NCBI GenBank assembly: GCA_020184695.1
Contig: JAANOX010000227.1
Span: 74,927-138,926, forward strand
Reading direction: 5' to 3'
From: Histomonas meleagridis 2922-C6/04-290x
Taxonomy: Eukaryota > Protista > Parabasalia
DNA: 64,000 bases
The notes below the pieces were generated by a model. It searched no databases and was not told the origin of the DNA. It was given only the letters and a program-made list of their open reading frames with translations. The translations under genes were made by a program, and so were the position numbers. Of this stretch, positions 51,230 to 64,000 are shown piece after piece. Numbering within the stretch: the first letter of the stretch is position 1; every line of letters begins with the position of its first letter.

Positions 51230-53019
51230 TCGAATTGACGAATATTTTTCTGTTCAGCAAAATCAACAATCTACAGTTACAAAGGAACTTCATGATCTTG
51301 CTTCAATAAAGCCTCGTCGTCTTAGAAGATATTCTACTAATGTTATCACAATTGCTTTAGGACTTTAATTGCTACATCCACCTTCTCTTGATTATATACG
51401 AAATTTTATACCTTTTCCATCACGTCAAAGTTTAAACAACAGAGCTCAAACTAATTACATTTTCGATGTAGATTTATTGACTAATATTTCAAGAAAGCAT
51501 GATTTAATTGCAAAATATCAAGAAAAAGAGCATATTAAGGGAACTGAGGAAATTAGAGCTATTTTAGCAGTTGATGCATAATCTTTTCACAAAGAAGTAT
51601 ATATTGACAATAGAGGAATTGTACATGGATTGGTAAATGATGAAATTGTCAATGAACAAGCAATGAAAGAAATATCAGATAAATATGATGAAATTGAGAA
51701 ATTCATATAAAGCAGGGCAAACGTTACAATATCAAATGCATTTGTATATCAAGTTCAATCTCTAGATCCATCACATCCATCTTTTGTGCTTCATATTATC
51801 CCTTCAACTCAGGGGAAAGCTACAGATAGAGAATTAAACATGCTTGGAACATTGAAACAAATCTTAATGGAAAATTCAATCAAAATAGTGGGATTCGCAA
51901 TGGATGGAGATAGTACATATTCTGCTTCACACAAAGAATTATTTGATTCATATTATAACATAATTATAAAAGATGTTGATTTTGTCAATTATACTTCTAT
52001 CAATTTAACAAAAGTAATTGGTGATTCTCTGCACATATTAAAAAGGATAAGATATAGGTGTTTAACACAAAATGTACATTGTGGAATTACAAATGAAACT
52101 GAAGGAATATCAATTGATCAACTTAAGGAAATATTAAAACTCCCATCTTTCGTGTTTTCAAACGAAAAATATACAATAATGCATGATAGACCACCTATTC
52201 AACTTATGAATTTTAATTCATTATGTAAGCTAATAAGAAACAATAGCAAGTCTCTATCTTATTTTTTACCATTTTCTCTCCTTAATATTGGTATCTCAGA
52301 ACAAAAATTGACACATGAGGAAAGATTTAATATGATTGAAATTGCCTTTTACTATTTGATAATATATTATGGAGAAATTATGAACAATGAAAATATTTTA
52401 CCAAATAACAAATATAGGAATATGACGAACGTGAGACTTTTTTCCAATAATATTATCATTGAATCATGTAATACAATGATATCTATTCTTTCAACTCTTC
52501 AAAGTCATAATAAACCATTAAATCTTAACAGAATAGGAACAAATCCTTTAGAGCATACATTTGGAACTATAAGAATGCGTAGTAAATATAGACACACATA
52601 TGAGCGAATGATCAGATCAATGGGGAAAATTGAACTCTATAAGAAAACATTAAAGGATTTGAAAATCAAGCAAAATCACTGGAAGAAGAACTTATTATGG
52701 ACAAACAATTAATAACGAAAGTTCTTCACCAAGTACAATATTTTCAATGAATCCTAGAGATATTGCAGCAGCTTTGCATGTATATTATGGACTTCCTATA
52801 ACCAGTAATGAAATTGAATGCTTTAATATGGAATATGTTGTTACAAATGCCTGTGAAATTGTAAATGATTTTTTCAATGAATTGCTTCATATTGAACGGA
52901 GAGTGTATTCAATTTTGAAAAAATCCAGGATAAGTTCCCATGATGTTTCTTTAAAGTGTGGGAGAACAAGAGAAGAAAAAATAGAATCAGGACCTATCGT
53001 AAAATATACCGCATTTTGA
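51230..53019 (+). pseudogene. Second P-element-type transposase, decayed
   Basis: ILAVDA, FAMDGD, GDSLHILKRIRYR and TNPLEHTFGTIR; stops and a frameshift. Ends of the element not located. Confidence 0.8.
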
Positions 53020-53328
53020 ATTCAATTATTCCAAAAATATAAAATAAATATATCTCAAAAACAAACGTAGAACTTTGATAAAAAATAGGGATATTAACTA
53101 ATAATGCATGATTAACTATTTTAGATAAATTAAAATTTATTCTGTGGGCAAAAGCTTCGTTTGCATACCTCTTACTTTTAATTAAGTCTGATTAAGTATG
53201 CTTCTTTTTGAATGATTTGAAACTTTTTCAATGTGAATGAAATTGATCGCAATAATGGAAATATACTATTTTAAGGTGAAGTATCAATTTATAGTATATT
53301 CCCAATTTGTAAAAAATAAAACTGAAAA

Positions 53329-53401
53329 GTACCACTGGCCCAATGGATAAGGCGTGTGCCTACGGAGCATGAGATTCCAGGTTCGAGTCCTGGGTGGTAC
53401 A
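53329..53401 (+). tRNA. trnR: tRNA-Arg(ACG), locus C
   Basis: Identical to loci A and B; T7 terminator. Confidence 0.96.
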
Positions 53402-53442
53402 TTTTTTTGATTTTTTAGATGCAAGTATTTTTAAGTCGAGAA

Positions 53443-56216
53443 AATGATACTACCGGAATCAGCACCCCTGATAACCTTATTAAGATTTCTTTTTGGACGG
53501 AAAAAATTTTTTCGGAGATAAATAATTTCGAGATAATTTCTCCAGAAATCATCGATAGTCTATACAGAACACAGCAGGAACACCTCCAGAACGACCACAA
53601 CACATCTAGAGGTATCATTAGTTTGAACGGAGAAATTTCGAAAAATGTGATAAATTCACCCATCACAGAATTACTTCAATTTAGCACCTACAACCTTATT
53701 CCACCACAAAACACATTCCCATGTTTGTTTTATCCACTTTGTCAACGAATTTTTTATACATTTTCAGAATGCATCAAACATGCATATATGGAAGAAGAGC
53801 ATGAACCACAAGAAATCAACCAACTAAAACGTTTCTTACCTCACGAACTCACATTATACGCTTGTTTATATGAAAGATTCAAATTCCAAGTCCCAAATAT
53901 TATCAACAATTTAATACCATTTTCATTTTATACTCATGAAGAAGGTTTTGTTATACGTAAATGTCCTTTACCAAATTGTAATTATTTTATTAAAAACCCT
54001 GATGATTTTCGGCAGCATTTCGCCGATCACATAAACCAGTTAAAAATCCTAGATCAATCATTTGCCACTAACGGTTATATTTGGTCGATAATTATTAGTC
54101 ATGTTAAAATTCGTAACAAAATCCCTACAGTTAGAGAATTTCTTGGAATTCCTGATACAAATATTTTAATACCAAGAAATGTTATTAGTAACAACTCTAA
54201 CATTCCAATTTTAATTTTATTAAGAAACATTGATTTTAATTTTAATAACTCCCCACCTTGGTTAGGATTAATTAATAGAAACATGGGTTTAACAGTTCCA
54301 GTTCTACCAATTCAATTTATAGATGGTGGTTTAATTATAGATAATATTGACTTAAACAATATCAATAATATTCCCCAAATTCCTCTGAATAATGACCCTA
54401 GAGTCAAAGAAATTACAAATAATGGGGAACTAATCAATTGTGAAATATGTGATACGATTCCAATTATTGAAGAAGTAAGTGATGAGTTAATGATTAGAAA
54501 TGATAAAATAAATGAGTTAAGAAATAGATTATTATCTTTTATTCTACACATATTAGAGAATAACTTTAGAAACAATTCTGGAAACTATAATCAAGTTCAT
54601 ACAAATGAAGAAGAAGTTAAAATCAAAATACCAGAAGTTTCTATTGAGCGTGAAATAATTCCTATTAAAATCCCGGAAACTAAAATTACATTATTTAATC
54701 AAGAAATTAATATTCCTGCCTATTCTATGGCACAAGTGCCAGTTAATATAGAAATCCCTAATTATCAATTAATTCAACGTGACATAGAATATCCCATAGA
54801 TATACCGAATTATGTTAGAAATCCAACTACATTCGAAATAGGTATTCCAGACTATCATAAATATCAAGTACCAATTGAAAAAAACCAGAGTTTAATATAG
54901 TTAAAAGTAAGATTGACGTCCCAGTTGATACACCTAATTTCGTATATAAACCTAAAGATATTTTAATACCTATCGAAAAGCCAAATTATCAATTAGTAGA
55001 AAGTAAAATTGATGTTCCAGTCGAAATCCCAAAGATAGATTTCTATGAAAATCGGATCAAAATGGATATAGATGTCATGAAATATGATTTTAGAGATATT
55101 TCAGTTCCCATAGATATACCAAGACCTAATTTCAATATTATACCAAAACAAATCGACATTGAGATACCAGTTCCAAACTTTAGATTTAATAATAATGTAA
55201 ACTTACAACAACAACAACAAAATGATCAATTAACATATGAAGGGATTAATCAAGATATTCAAAATATTACTCAAAATTCAAATCATGATAATGAAAATAA
55301 TGTAAATGTTACACAAGATACAAATAATAATAACAATAATGAAAGAAATAATCATGATAATGAAGAAAATAATAGAGAATTATTACACAAACCAGAAGAT
55401 TTAATTGAAGAGTTAAGGAATGTGAACTCTGAAAAAGATTTAAAAGAAATAATCGATAAATGGACTTCTTATAATATTAATAATATTTCAGATTGGATAG
55501 ATGATAATAAACCCTTGGAAGAACATTATATTACAAACTTAATAGTTATTAAAAGGAAATGGCCAGGTGTGAATACATTTGTCTGTCCACATGCATGTGG
55601 TTTCGCAACACATTCTAATACATTATTAGATATACATCAAAGAGAAGTTCATAATAAAATATTAAAAGGGAATCAAATATTAGAAACAATTGGATCAATT
55701 ATTAATAAGAAAACATTTTGGAAAATTATCACATATGAAAGTAATGGTAATAAAAGGAAAACTTATCGGAAAACTTTATGGAATTGTCCTTGTCCAAGTT
55801 GTAAATATGTAGGTGACTTAAAAACAGGATTAGCTAATCATGTTCGAAAAGTTCATCCACAATACAACAAAGATAAGAACATTTATGGTTGGTTTTGGGC
55901 AATGATTTTACAATGGGTCAAGCATCCGTTGAAAAGGAACCCACCAACTATAAAGAAATTGTTCAAGTAAAAAAAGATTAAAGAATGTAATTATTGCAGA
56001 GCCATTGGAACCTCAATAAATAATATAGGTTTACATGCTAAATCAATGCATGGTGCATCTAGAGTAGAAGGAAATCAAGGAAAATTTGAAGATGCTATTG
56101 CTAAATCTTACATTAATAAAGAATTAACAGAAGATAAAATTAGATTTATCAAATCTGAATGTAAAGAGAATGAAGATGATATGAAAAACATTAGAGAAAG
56201 AATTAAAAAAGCTGAA
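53443..56216 (+). mobile_element. RLE retrotransposon copy C, 5' ~2.8 kb, nearly identical to A, without the Merlin insertion
   Basis: Matches 24204-24255 plus 35272-~37997, mostly apart from homopolymer lengths; cut after GCTGAA at 56216. Confidence 0.92.
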
Positions 56217-56570
56217 AGAATTCTTTTGCATCTTGGAGTAAAATCGCGAGTCTTCCATTTGTGTCGATGTCGACTTGATTTCTTTTATAATGCCACATTG
56301 TGCTTGAGGGTTTGCAATTAAAAACTTTCGCATACTCAGTGAATTTTGGTTTTCCTTCTCCATATAATACATTTGAAACTGATATAACTTGTTCTCTATA
56401 AGTTTTTGAATTTTTGAATTCATCACTTTCTATAAAAATTGTAACACTAATTATATCATTCGGTGACAGATGGTCGAGATTGAGCTCTGATAGAAAAACT
56501 GAAGGCTTTAAATTGCTGAAATCTTTTTTCGTGTTCATAATCAAAAAATTTGAATGTCCTCATAGAAAAT
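56217..56570 (-). pseudogene. N-terminal HTH region of a pogo-like transposase, truncated
   Basis: ORF 56203-56544 with FTEYAKVFNCKPSSTMWH..NGRLAIL, an HTH followed by a decayed GRP-type linker. Confidence 0.45.
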
Positions 56571-56698
56571 ATTCACATTATAAAAATTTTGACGATGCTT
56601 GTTTTTTATTACTTTTTGTGAAATTTACTCCAGTTTGTCGATAAGGGACCCTTATAGGGACTTTTTCCCGGCATAAAGGTATTTTCCCAGGTACTCTA

Positions 56699-56792
56699 GT
56701 GATTTAAATAAAGTGTACAAAAAAAATTTAAATAAATGGTGGGATGGGTTCCACCAAGAAGATACTGAAGTAGTGGTGTTAGATGAAATGAA
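56699..56792 (+). other. CRESS-DNA-virus Rep (SF3 helicase) fragment around Walker B
   Basis: DLNKVYKKNLNKWWDGFHQEDTEVVVLDEMK matches the Rep signature KWWDGY.xxEVVVIDD/E; it is cut on the right by the Merlin TIR. Confidence 0.68.
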
Positions 56793-59700
56793 GGTACTCT
56801 CCAAGCAAAAGGGAAAATTTGAATACCTTCCTCTCAAAAAGTGGAAATGCCTTTCAATTATGCGTGATTTTTTGAATAGCATTGAAAAATTTTCATTCAA
56901 AATATTTTTGTGAGAAAATATTCCTTCTCAAATTCGATTTCTATATTCTCACTTTTTTGACATAAAAATTTCTGAAAATTTATAAATTGCCATTGTATTT
57001 TTTAAATAATTTTAAATTATTCGATATTTTCAATTTTAATATGACAAATATGCACTGACACGCAACATTCTCAGATATAATATATTTATCGAACTCAATA
57101 TTTATAATGATAATATATATTAAATTCGTTTCCGAAATTCGGTCATAGGTATACTGGGAAGATATAAGAACTAGCCATTAAAAATACATAATATATGCAC
57201 ATAATTGAGGATATTAATTAATATAAATATGAAATAATATTCATGATAAGTCAAGATAAATTTTTTTTCATTTTTAAAAGTGACAAATATCACTTTTGTA
57301 TGGTTTATTTTCGTCGGTGCGCCGATGGTAAACGATATGACCAATAGATGCAAGATAAATGAGAAATAAATAAACAAATTTATTAATCAATTAATTGAAA
57401 ATAAAGTAAAAATTACCAAAAAATTTCATTAATCATTATTTGAAATAAAAATATATGAGGAGGGGGGTGGGGGTAAAAAGAACGACCCTTTTTATCTCGA
57501 CTTCTATTCAATAAAAATTATTTTTAAATTATATCATATTTAAATATTCATTATTAAATCTAAATATGTGAGCATTATGTTCATCATGTCCAAATGCAAT
57601 TGTTTTCAATCATTAAATTTTCTTTATAGACATTTAGAAATATTGCCAAATTGCATAATTATTGGTAGAGGAATGACATTAAATTCGATGAAGAAGTTAT
57701 GTTTATATTAGATATATTAAATATACTATTAGTTAAAAAACCAATTTGTTACACTATCTATTGCATAATTCGAAGAATTGAGAATTTTCACCTTATTTAG
57801 AATATTTATGTTCATTTGATTAATATTTGAAACTAATAATTTATCGTATTTCATAAAGAATATTGAAATATTATCAAGTTTTTTAAGCACAAAATATAAT
57901 ATCTTATATACTCAGTACCAAACAAATAAAGATCATGAAACTGGATTCTGCAATATATTTATTAATATATTACCACATATAAGTAAAAATGCAAACGAAT
58001 TAGATAAATCGAGAATAATAATAAGAGTAATTAAAGATTACATTAATATTTTATTTATTTTTAATATCATAATTTAAATTCCATTGAAAACAAAAAATCG
58101 GAAGATATAATCAAGAATAAAAAAAATGTATATAAATATCTACAACAAAGAACAAATATAAAATATTATATAACGAGTTAAATATTACTAAAATACATCA
58201 GATAATGAGATAACTCATTATTATAATAATTAATACAATGAACAACACATGTGTTGATAATTTAATTTATTATTGTTGATGATGCGAAAATCATTTATTG
58301 TAAGTCATAATAAATCAAAAAGATACAACAATTTTTATGCAACAAATTATTATCAAAAAAACCAATTTATCACTGAAATGATTCATTAATAAATTATGAT
58401 TCATTATTGCATTAATGGAATAATCTTCTATTATAATAATTCCAAGAACAGTGAAACTATGGCAATAACAATTCCTGTAATTGCACTTGGATGAAGCTTT
58501 GTACCATTACTATGGCTCAATGGGCATACATCGCTTATTTTGTTACCCTTGGTAACATTGATCTCTGCAAAAAGTGCTTTTTTAGAATATTCATTTGTTA
58601 CATAAATAGTTGGACTATCAAATGTTGTATTATAACACGATGGTTCATTCTTACCATAGAAGCAAACAATTTCAAGACTCATGCATGAACTAAAAGCATA
58701 GTTATCTATCACATTAATGTTCTCTGGAATGATAACTTTCTTAATGCTATTGCAATTGATAAATGCGCCTAATCCAATCGTTCTTACTGAGCTGGGAATA
58801 TCAATACTAGAAATCAAAGAACAACCTTCAAATGCATATTCTTGGATTGCTAATATGGTTTTTTTGGAATTACAACATCACCTGATTTTTCCAGAAGGGC
58901 AAAAATATTAATTTAGTAATATTTTTGTTATATACAATTCCGTCATTGTTATAATTGGAGTAATATACATTATTTAGTGAGATGGTTACAGATACTAAAT
59001 TTGGACAATTTTGAAATGCAAATAGACCAATTGAAACCACTGAGTCTGGAATATTGACATTGTGGAACAAACATCCATAAAACTGGAAGTCTTGTAATAC
59101 TGTGATTGAATTGGGAATACTTAAATTTGTCAACAAAGAACAATTAATGAACGAAAAGACACCAATTGATTTTACAGAATTGGGGATATTTATATTTGTA
59201 ATAAGAAAAACAATCCTCAAATGCATAATCTTCAATTAATTGAACAGAACTAGGAATATTAACAATACCTTCTACTGCTGATGGACATAATATTACTTTT
59301 GATATGTTTTTTTATCATAAACAATTCCATCATTATTATAATTCGAATAGATTTCATTATTTTCAGAGATTTTAATTGCCTTTTAATTTTGTGCATGCAT
59401 CAAATGCAGATTCATTAATTAGAACTTGAAGAAAATTTCAATTTGCTCTAAATTTAACTATAAAACGCAAATTCTTGAATTTTTCAACGAAAATAATTAT
59501 AACATTTTATTGTCTTTTTTGTGAAGAAGATATCTGTTGGACACAGGTGGGATTATTTGCATATTTGGCTTCAAACAATCTCAGCCACATCTTCGTTGTT
59601 GAGCAGAGCTGATGCTGTAGCCTACTTTACTGTTGGGTTTTCCTTCTTACTTGATTATGTTTTATCTTAACAATTCCATCTTATTATATTGAATGATTAT

Positions 59701-62700
59701 ACTTCAAGTTTTATTTGCTATTTTGGCGTATAAGTGATTCATTATTGGAAATTGATACAGAATGTAATGATTACTTGAACAACATAAATGCGTCTGTCAT
59801 TTTAACTTGTTCTAATTGAACTATTCAAACCATGTTTAAGCGCTGCCTATTCACAAATGTATCAATTTGTTTGAAAAAACATTATTGAACAATATATTCT
59901 GTGTGACAAACATCAAGGGCTTTCAAAAGACATATTTCAAATGTTCAACATGTAAAATGGAAGGTAAAACATGTAAAATGAGTACATCTTTGGCGATTTC
60001 CAAAAAATTCAATTGTTTCAAATGTTTTTCTTAGTCTCTTGTCGTTGGCTTTGGGCAATGGCGAAATAACTGGAAAGCAGTACCATGAACTTGTTAATAC
60101 TAAAGGAGTCCCCGTTTCAACGTTAATGAATAAATCTGTAAAAATATTGAACTGCCCCTTTCTTGCTTGGCTAAATTACTTGTTGAGGTGACAGTTTTAC
60201 TACGGTTGATTCCAAGTAATGTTTGCCATTTGCTTATTCAAACAAGAGGCTAGGAAGTTTACTTGACCAAGACATAATAAGAACAACTAAGATCAAACAT
60301 GGTTTGAGCAAAATGGACATTTCTCTTGTTCTTAAAATCAACCTGGTATGGAGCGTCAATTACTGATGATGATGATAAGTCTGGATAGGCAAGAACTTCA
60401 AATCAATTTATTTTGTTTTTTCTAATAATTAATAATTTTTAATGTATTTTTATTTAATATTATTTATATTATTTAATAACATAATGACTTTGTATTGCTT
60501 TATATAATATGTTTAGCTTCTTTAAAAGTATAATATTCAATTTTTATTAAAATACCATTTTATAAAAAAATATTATAATCATTTGTCAACTCTTTGTAGG
60601 AATTGTGATTATTTAATTCTACAACATTGATTTGAAACATGTGACAGTCAAGATTATTCTAATAATGAATAAAATACTATTTTATTATACTATTCACTGA
60701 ATTTTTGAAAATAACATGGTAGCTGTATAAATTTATATTGCCTGTACGCATAACTTATCATTGTATTTTCCTTGTTTATTATTGCTTTTCCTTCTCAATG
60801 TTTTATCTTATTCACCTTGCAACTCTCTCTCTCTTGCCTTCTGTATTTTTCTTAAAACTTTTCTTCATGTACTCTGACTATCTGTATTTCTGGCAACCGC
60901 ATTTCCATAACATTCTTCCCAACTTCCATTGGCTGATGTTTCCTCTCACGTTTTCTCTACCTCTTGCTACCTCAACAGCTCAATAACTTCTCAACGTTCA
61001 TGCAACAATTTCTGCTTATTCTTAACTTTGTTTTATATTATTTTACTTACATTTTTCTTCTCTCAACATTCAGCGGATATTTCACGTTTTCTTATATAAA
61101 ATGTTTGTGTTTAACCTTATCTATGTTTTTGATTTGTTTGTTCCATTGTTGCTTTCAATATTACTCATGTTATTCTTTTATTATATGTAATATTTATTAT
61201 TGAAATTTACCTATTTTCTGATTGTGACATTTACACTTAACCCATTTATGAAATCATTTTATTTTATCATTATATTGATTTCAAGATTACAGCAATTACA
61301 TTAGTAGTTCATCGTAAGAAATTGCAATTAGGTACTTGCACATTTGTGTGTACTTTATTTCTATTCAAGGGATTCTTCATTTCTTAAACATTTATCTACA
61401 TTGCCATGTAAACAATGATTAATAATACTTGAGTAATATAACCATACAATAATTTATCATTTTTTATGTTTCAGTATGTTTCTCTTCATTTGATTTTACG
61501 TTTATGTAATGTAGCAGAAAAAACAAACAGACGAGCCTCTCTTTCATAAACCTCAAACCACAAACATTTATTACTAAACCTTACTAAAATTTTGATATTG
61601 TTCTTAGCACTAACATTCTGTTTAACTATTCTGAACTTGTTTTTATACAGCACTGATAACCTTACATTTTTGGTGAAAACTATTCATATATTATTAACCA
61701 CTTTGAACAGCAATACTAAATACCATGCTCCACTGTGATATGCTAGCTTTTTTTGTAAAGTAGGTGCTGATCATTGTTACCCTATGTACCTCATTGCTTA
61801 CCTGCTTTTTGATTTTACTGAACCTAATATACTTTATCACCTTATAATTCAGTTTACCAACTACCAGATTATTATCGTTTTGCGCAAAGAAATTTCTGCC
61901 CAATGATTATATTTTTGAATGTTTGACTATTTATAAACAAGTGATAACTGATTGCAACCACGATAAAAATTTCATCAAAGTGATTGCCAAACACGTTATT
62001 ACCACAAAATGTATTCATTTGGATGAGAGCTTACTAGCTGTAACAAAGCAATACTTTTCTTTCAGCTAACGTCCAGACTTTGTTTGTGCCATGCAATAAA
62101 AACTTCACTCTGCTTTCATCAATATTCTTCATTCAATGAATGCTGCTTTTATTTCATTCCTGCAGCAGACAAACTACTGGTCAACACAGCCACCATTTCT
62201 TATTTCAATATTTATGCTTTAACCTTTACCTATGTTCCGTAATATGTTTTGTACATATGATATTTGGGAAAGGTCTATGTAATGACTCAGTAGAATTATA
62301 TATTACATTCATTTGGCTATGGAACCAAATGTAGTAATTCCACTTTGTTTTACAAATGTTTTTATTTCTTACCATATATATTTTCTCTAACTAGATTATT
62401 TATTACTACCTTTATAGATTTTATATTTCTAATAGTGAAGGACAGAATATTTATTATAAAATTGACGCATTCTTCATGATTTTCAAACTTTCTAGTAATT
62501 TGATGTCACCATTCAAACAAATTTTTGTTACTCAATAAAGTTTAAACTTTAATTCTAACATAATACATCTATATAATACAGTGTGCTTCTTCAAAATATT
62601 TATTTATTCCATTTAATCTTGAAAATATGATCATTAAGTATTCTCTTCCCTTTTAAATATATAAATCAAATATTCTTTATTCTTGAAAATTACCTGCTCA

Positions 62701-64000
62701 TTTTATTCAAATAGTCTATTTGATATTTGTTATTCAATTTTCTAAACCTGTTCAACAAAATTGTTTTCTATTAGTGATTCGACCGTCTCTTTCTCTTTAG
62801 TTTACTTCAAATACCCATGAAACTCTTATATGATCAAATGATTTTACCAGTTATAATATTTGATTGTATAAACCTTCAATATTCATTTTACCTTTTTACT
62901 TTATGTGTGCCATAACAACCATTTCAATATTTTTATACCATTTAATACTTCACTGTTCATATGATTCTATTCAACTCAACATTCCCTCTTCCCCATTATC
63001 GATATCTCTGTTTTGCTTTTTACGATGAGCACGCTTCTTCAATTCAGCTACAAATGATTGCTTTATAATCAATGATGTAGAGAATGCAGAACAATGAATC
63101 CCAGATTACAAAAGGTTTGGTTAATGATTACAATTACAATCAAAAAATACTTTATGATATTTCTCAGCAAAAACCTGCTTTCAAGTTTTCTTTATTATAT
63201 TGTGAATTTTCCTAATCTTCCTTGTAAAGTGCAGTAGAGGGGTGACAGAAACACAATGCTTCCCTTATTTTACTTTTTGTTTACAAGTACATGCGACCGT
63301 ATGTTTTATCTTTAGAAGATCACACATTGTTGGCGATTACAATGGCTGTTGATGATAGCTTTAATGCCATTAAGAAAATACAATATTGGACGGTGACAAT
63401 CAATTGCTGATTCTTTGGAAATTTGCTGAAATGACCATTCACACACCAACATTTACAATCAAACTTAAGAAAACAACAAGAGAAGTTTCTTGTCTTACCT
63501 TCAAGTAAAAATATTTCCATTCTTTTGAGCGACTTTGTTGATGTGTGATTGAGCATATTCTTCAATATTCATGTATTTGTATTCTAAACTTCAAGCACAC
63601 TCAAACAATGAAGAACTTGAGAGAATAAAAAATCAATAAGTGAAGACCAAGCCAAGTGTGAGCCTTCCTCAAGTTCATGCAGGTAAAATGCTCTTCACAG
63701 CAGGATTAAATAACAAGATTTGCCATTAAATCATTGAACTAAAGGAATTTACAAAAGTGGCTGATTTGGTGAGAAGGAAAAGTTGGACAATAAAATTCGT
63801 CTAGTTATACATTATTTTATTCCCAAAATGAGATTAAATAATGATATTTACAAGTATATTCTTTAATATCAGTTTGTAAAGATTTATAACACAATTTTAA
63901 ATTTCAAATTTATTTTGAAAAATATATATATATTATCTTTATTTGGTGACATATTTTTAAAAACATATTATTTAAGCTGTGGTTGTAGCAATGGCAGAAT
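56793..64000 (+). mobile_element. Merlin cargo element copy 2 (right end beyond the window), with the same BspA, Lcn972-like (~60022-60377) and transposase (~62990-63800) regions
   Basis: Starts GGTACTCTCC at 56793; almost identical to copy 1 up to ~59420, then collinear but heavily error-ridden. Confidence 0.9.

Noticed and set aside
56641-56655. Palindrome ATAAGGG-A-CCCTTAT next to the Rep fragment as a CRESS replication origin
   Set aside because: One-base loop and no NANTATTAC-type nonanucleotide; more likely part of the neighbouring transposon end.
59420-64000. Degraded Merlin copy as targeted hypermutation (RIP/APOBEC-like)
   Set aside because: Changes are dominated by indels without a visible C-to-T bias; raw long-read error is the simpler explanation. 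ORFs 60738-63565 are therefore not annotated.

Overview
AT-rich, essentially intron-free eukaryotic DNA. The BspA-like LRR genes, a DUF3447-ankyrin gene and the transposon families point to a parabasalid (Trichomonas/Tritrichomonas-like); this is inference. There is one compact housekeeping block (VHS-domain protein, GNL3-like GTPase, RNA polymerase I largest subunit, cupin; 15.7-23.8 kb), the 3' end of DNA polymerase delta, and five intact tRNA genes (2 Ala-TGC, 3 Arg-ACG). The rest is nested mobile DNA. Main observations: (1) An 11,008-bp Merlin-type DNA transposon (~193-bp TIRs, 8-bp TSD confirmed by an empty site in the window) carries a lactococcin-972-like bacteriocin gene head-to-head with a BspA-like surface protein gene; a second copy starts at 56,793. 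(2) An RLE-type non-LTR retrotransposon sits behind all three tRNA-Arg(ACG) genes, and its one complete copy has a 57-bp target duplication starting in the tRNA T-loop. (3) An ankyrin gene has 14 intact repeat modules separated by stop-containing 8+20n-nt spacers with no GT-AG ends. (4) A tyrosine-recombinase gene lies between inverted repeats next to a perfect 29+7+29-bp palindrome. (5) A short CRESS-virus Rep-like fragment is wedged between two transposons. Many frameshifts are single-base homopolymer differences, and sequence after ~59.4 kb looks unpolished, so assembly error must be allowed for throughout.
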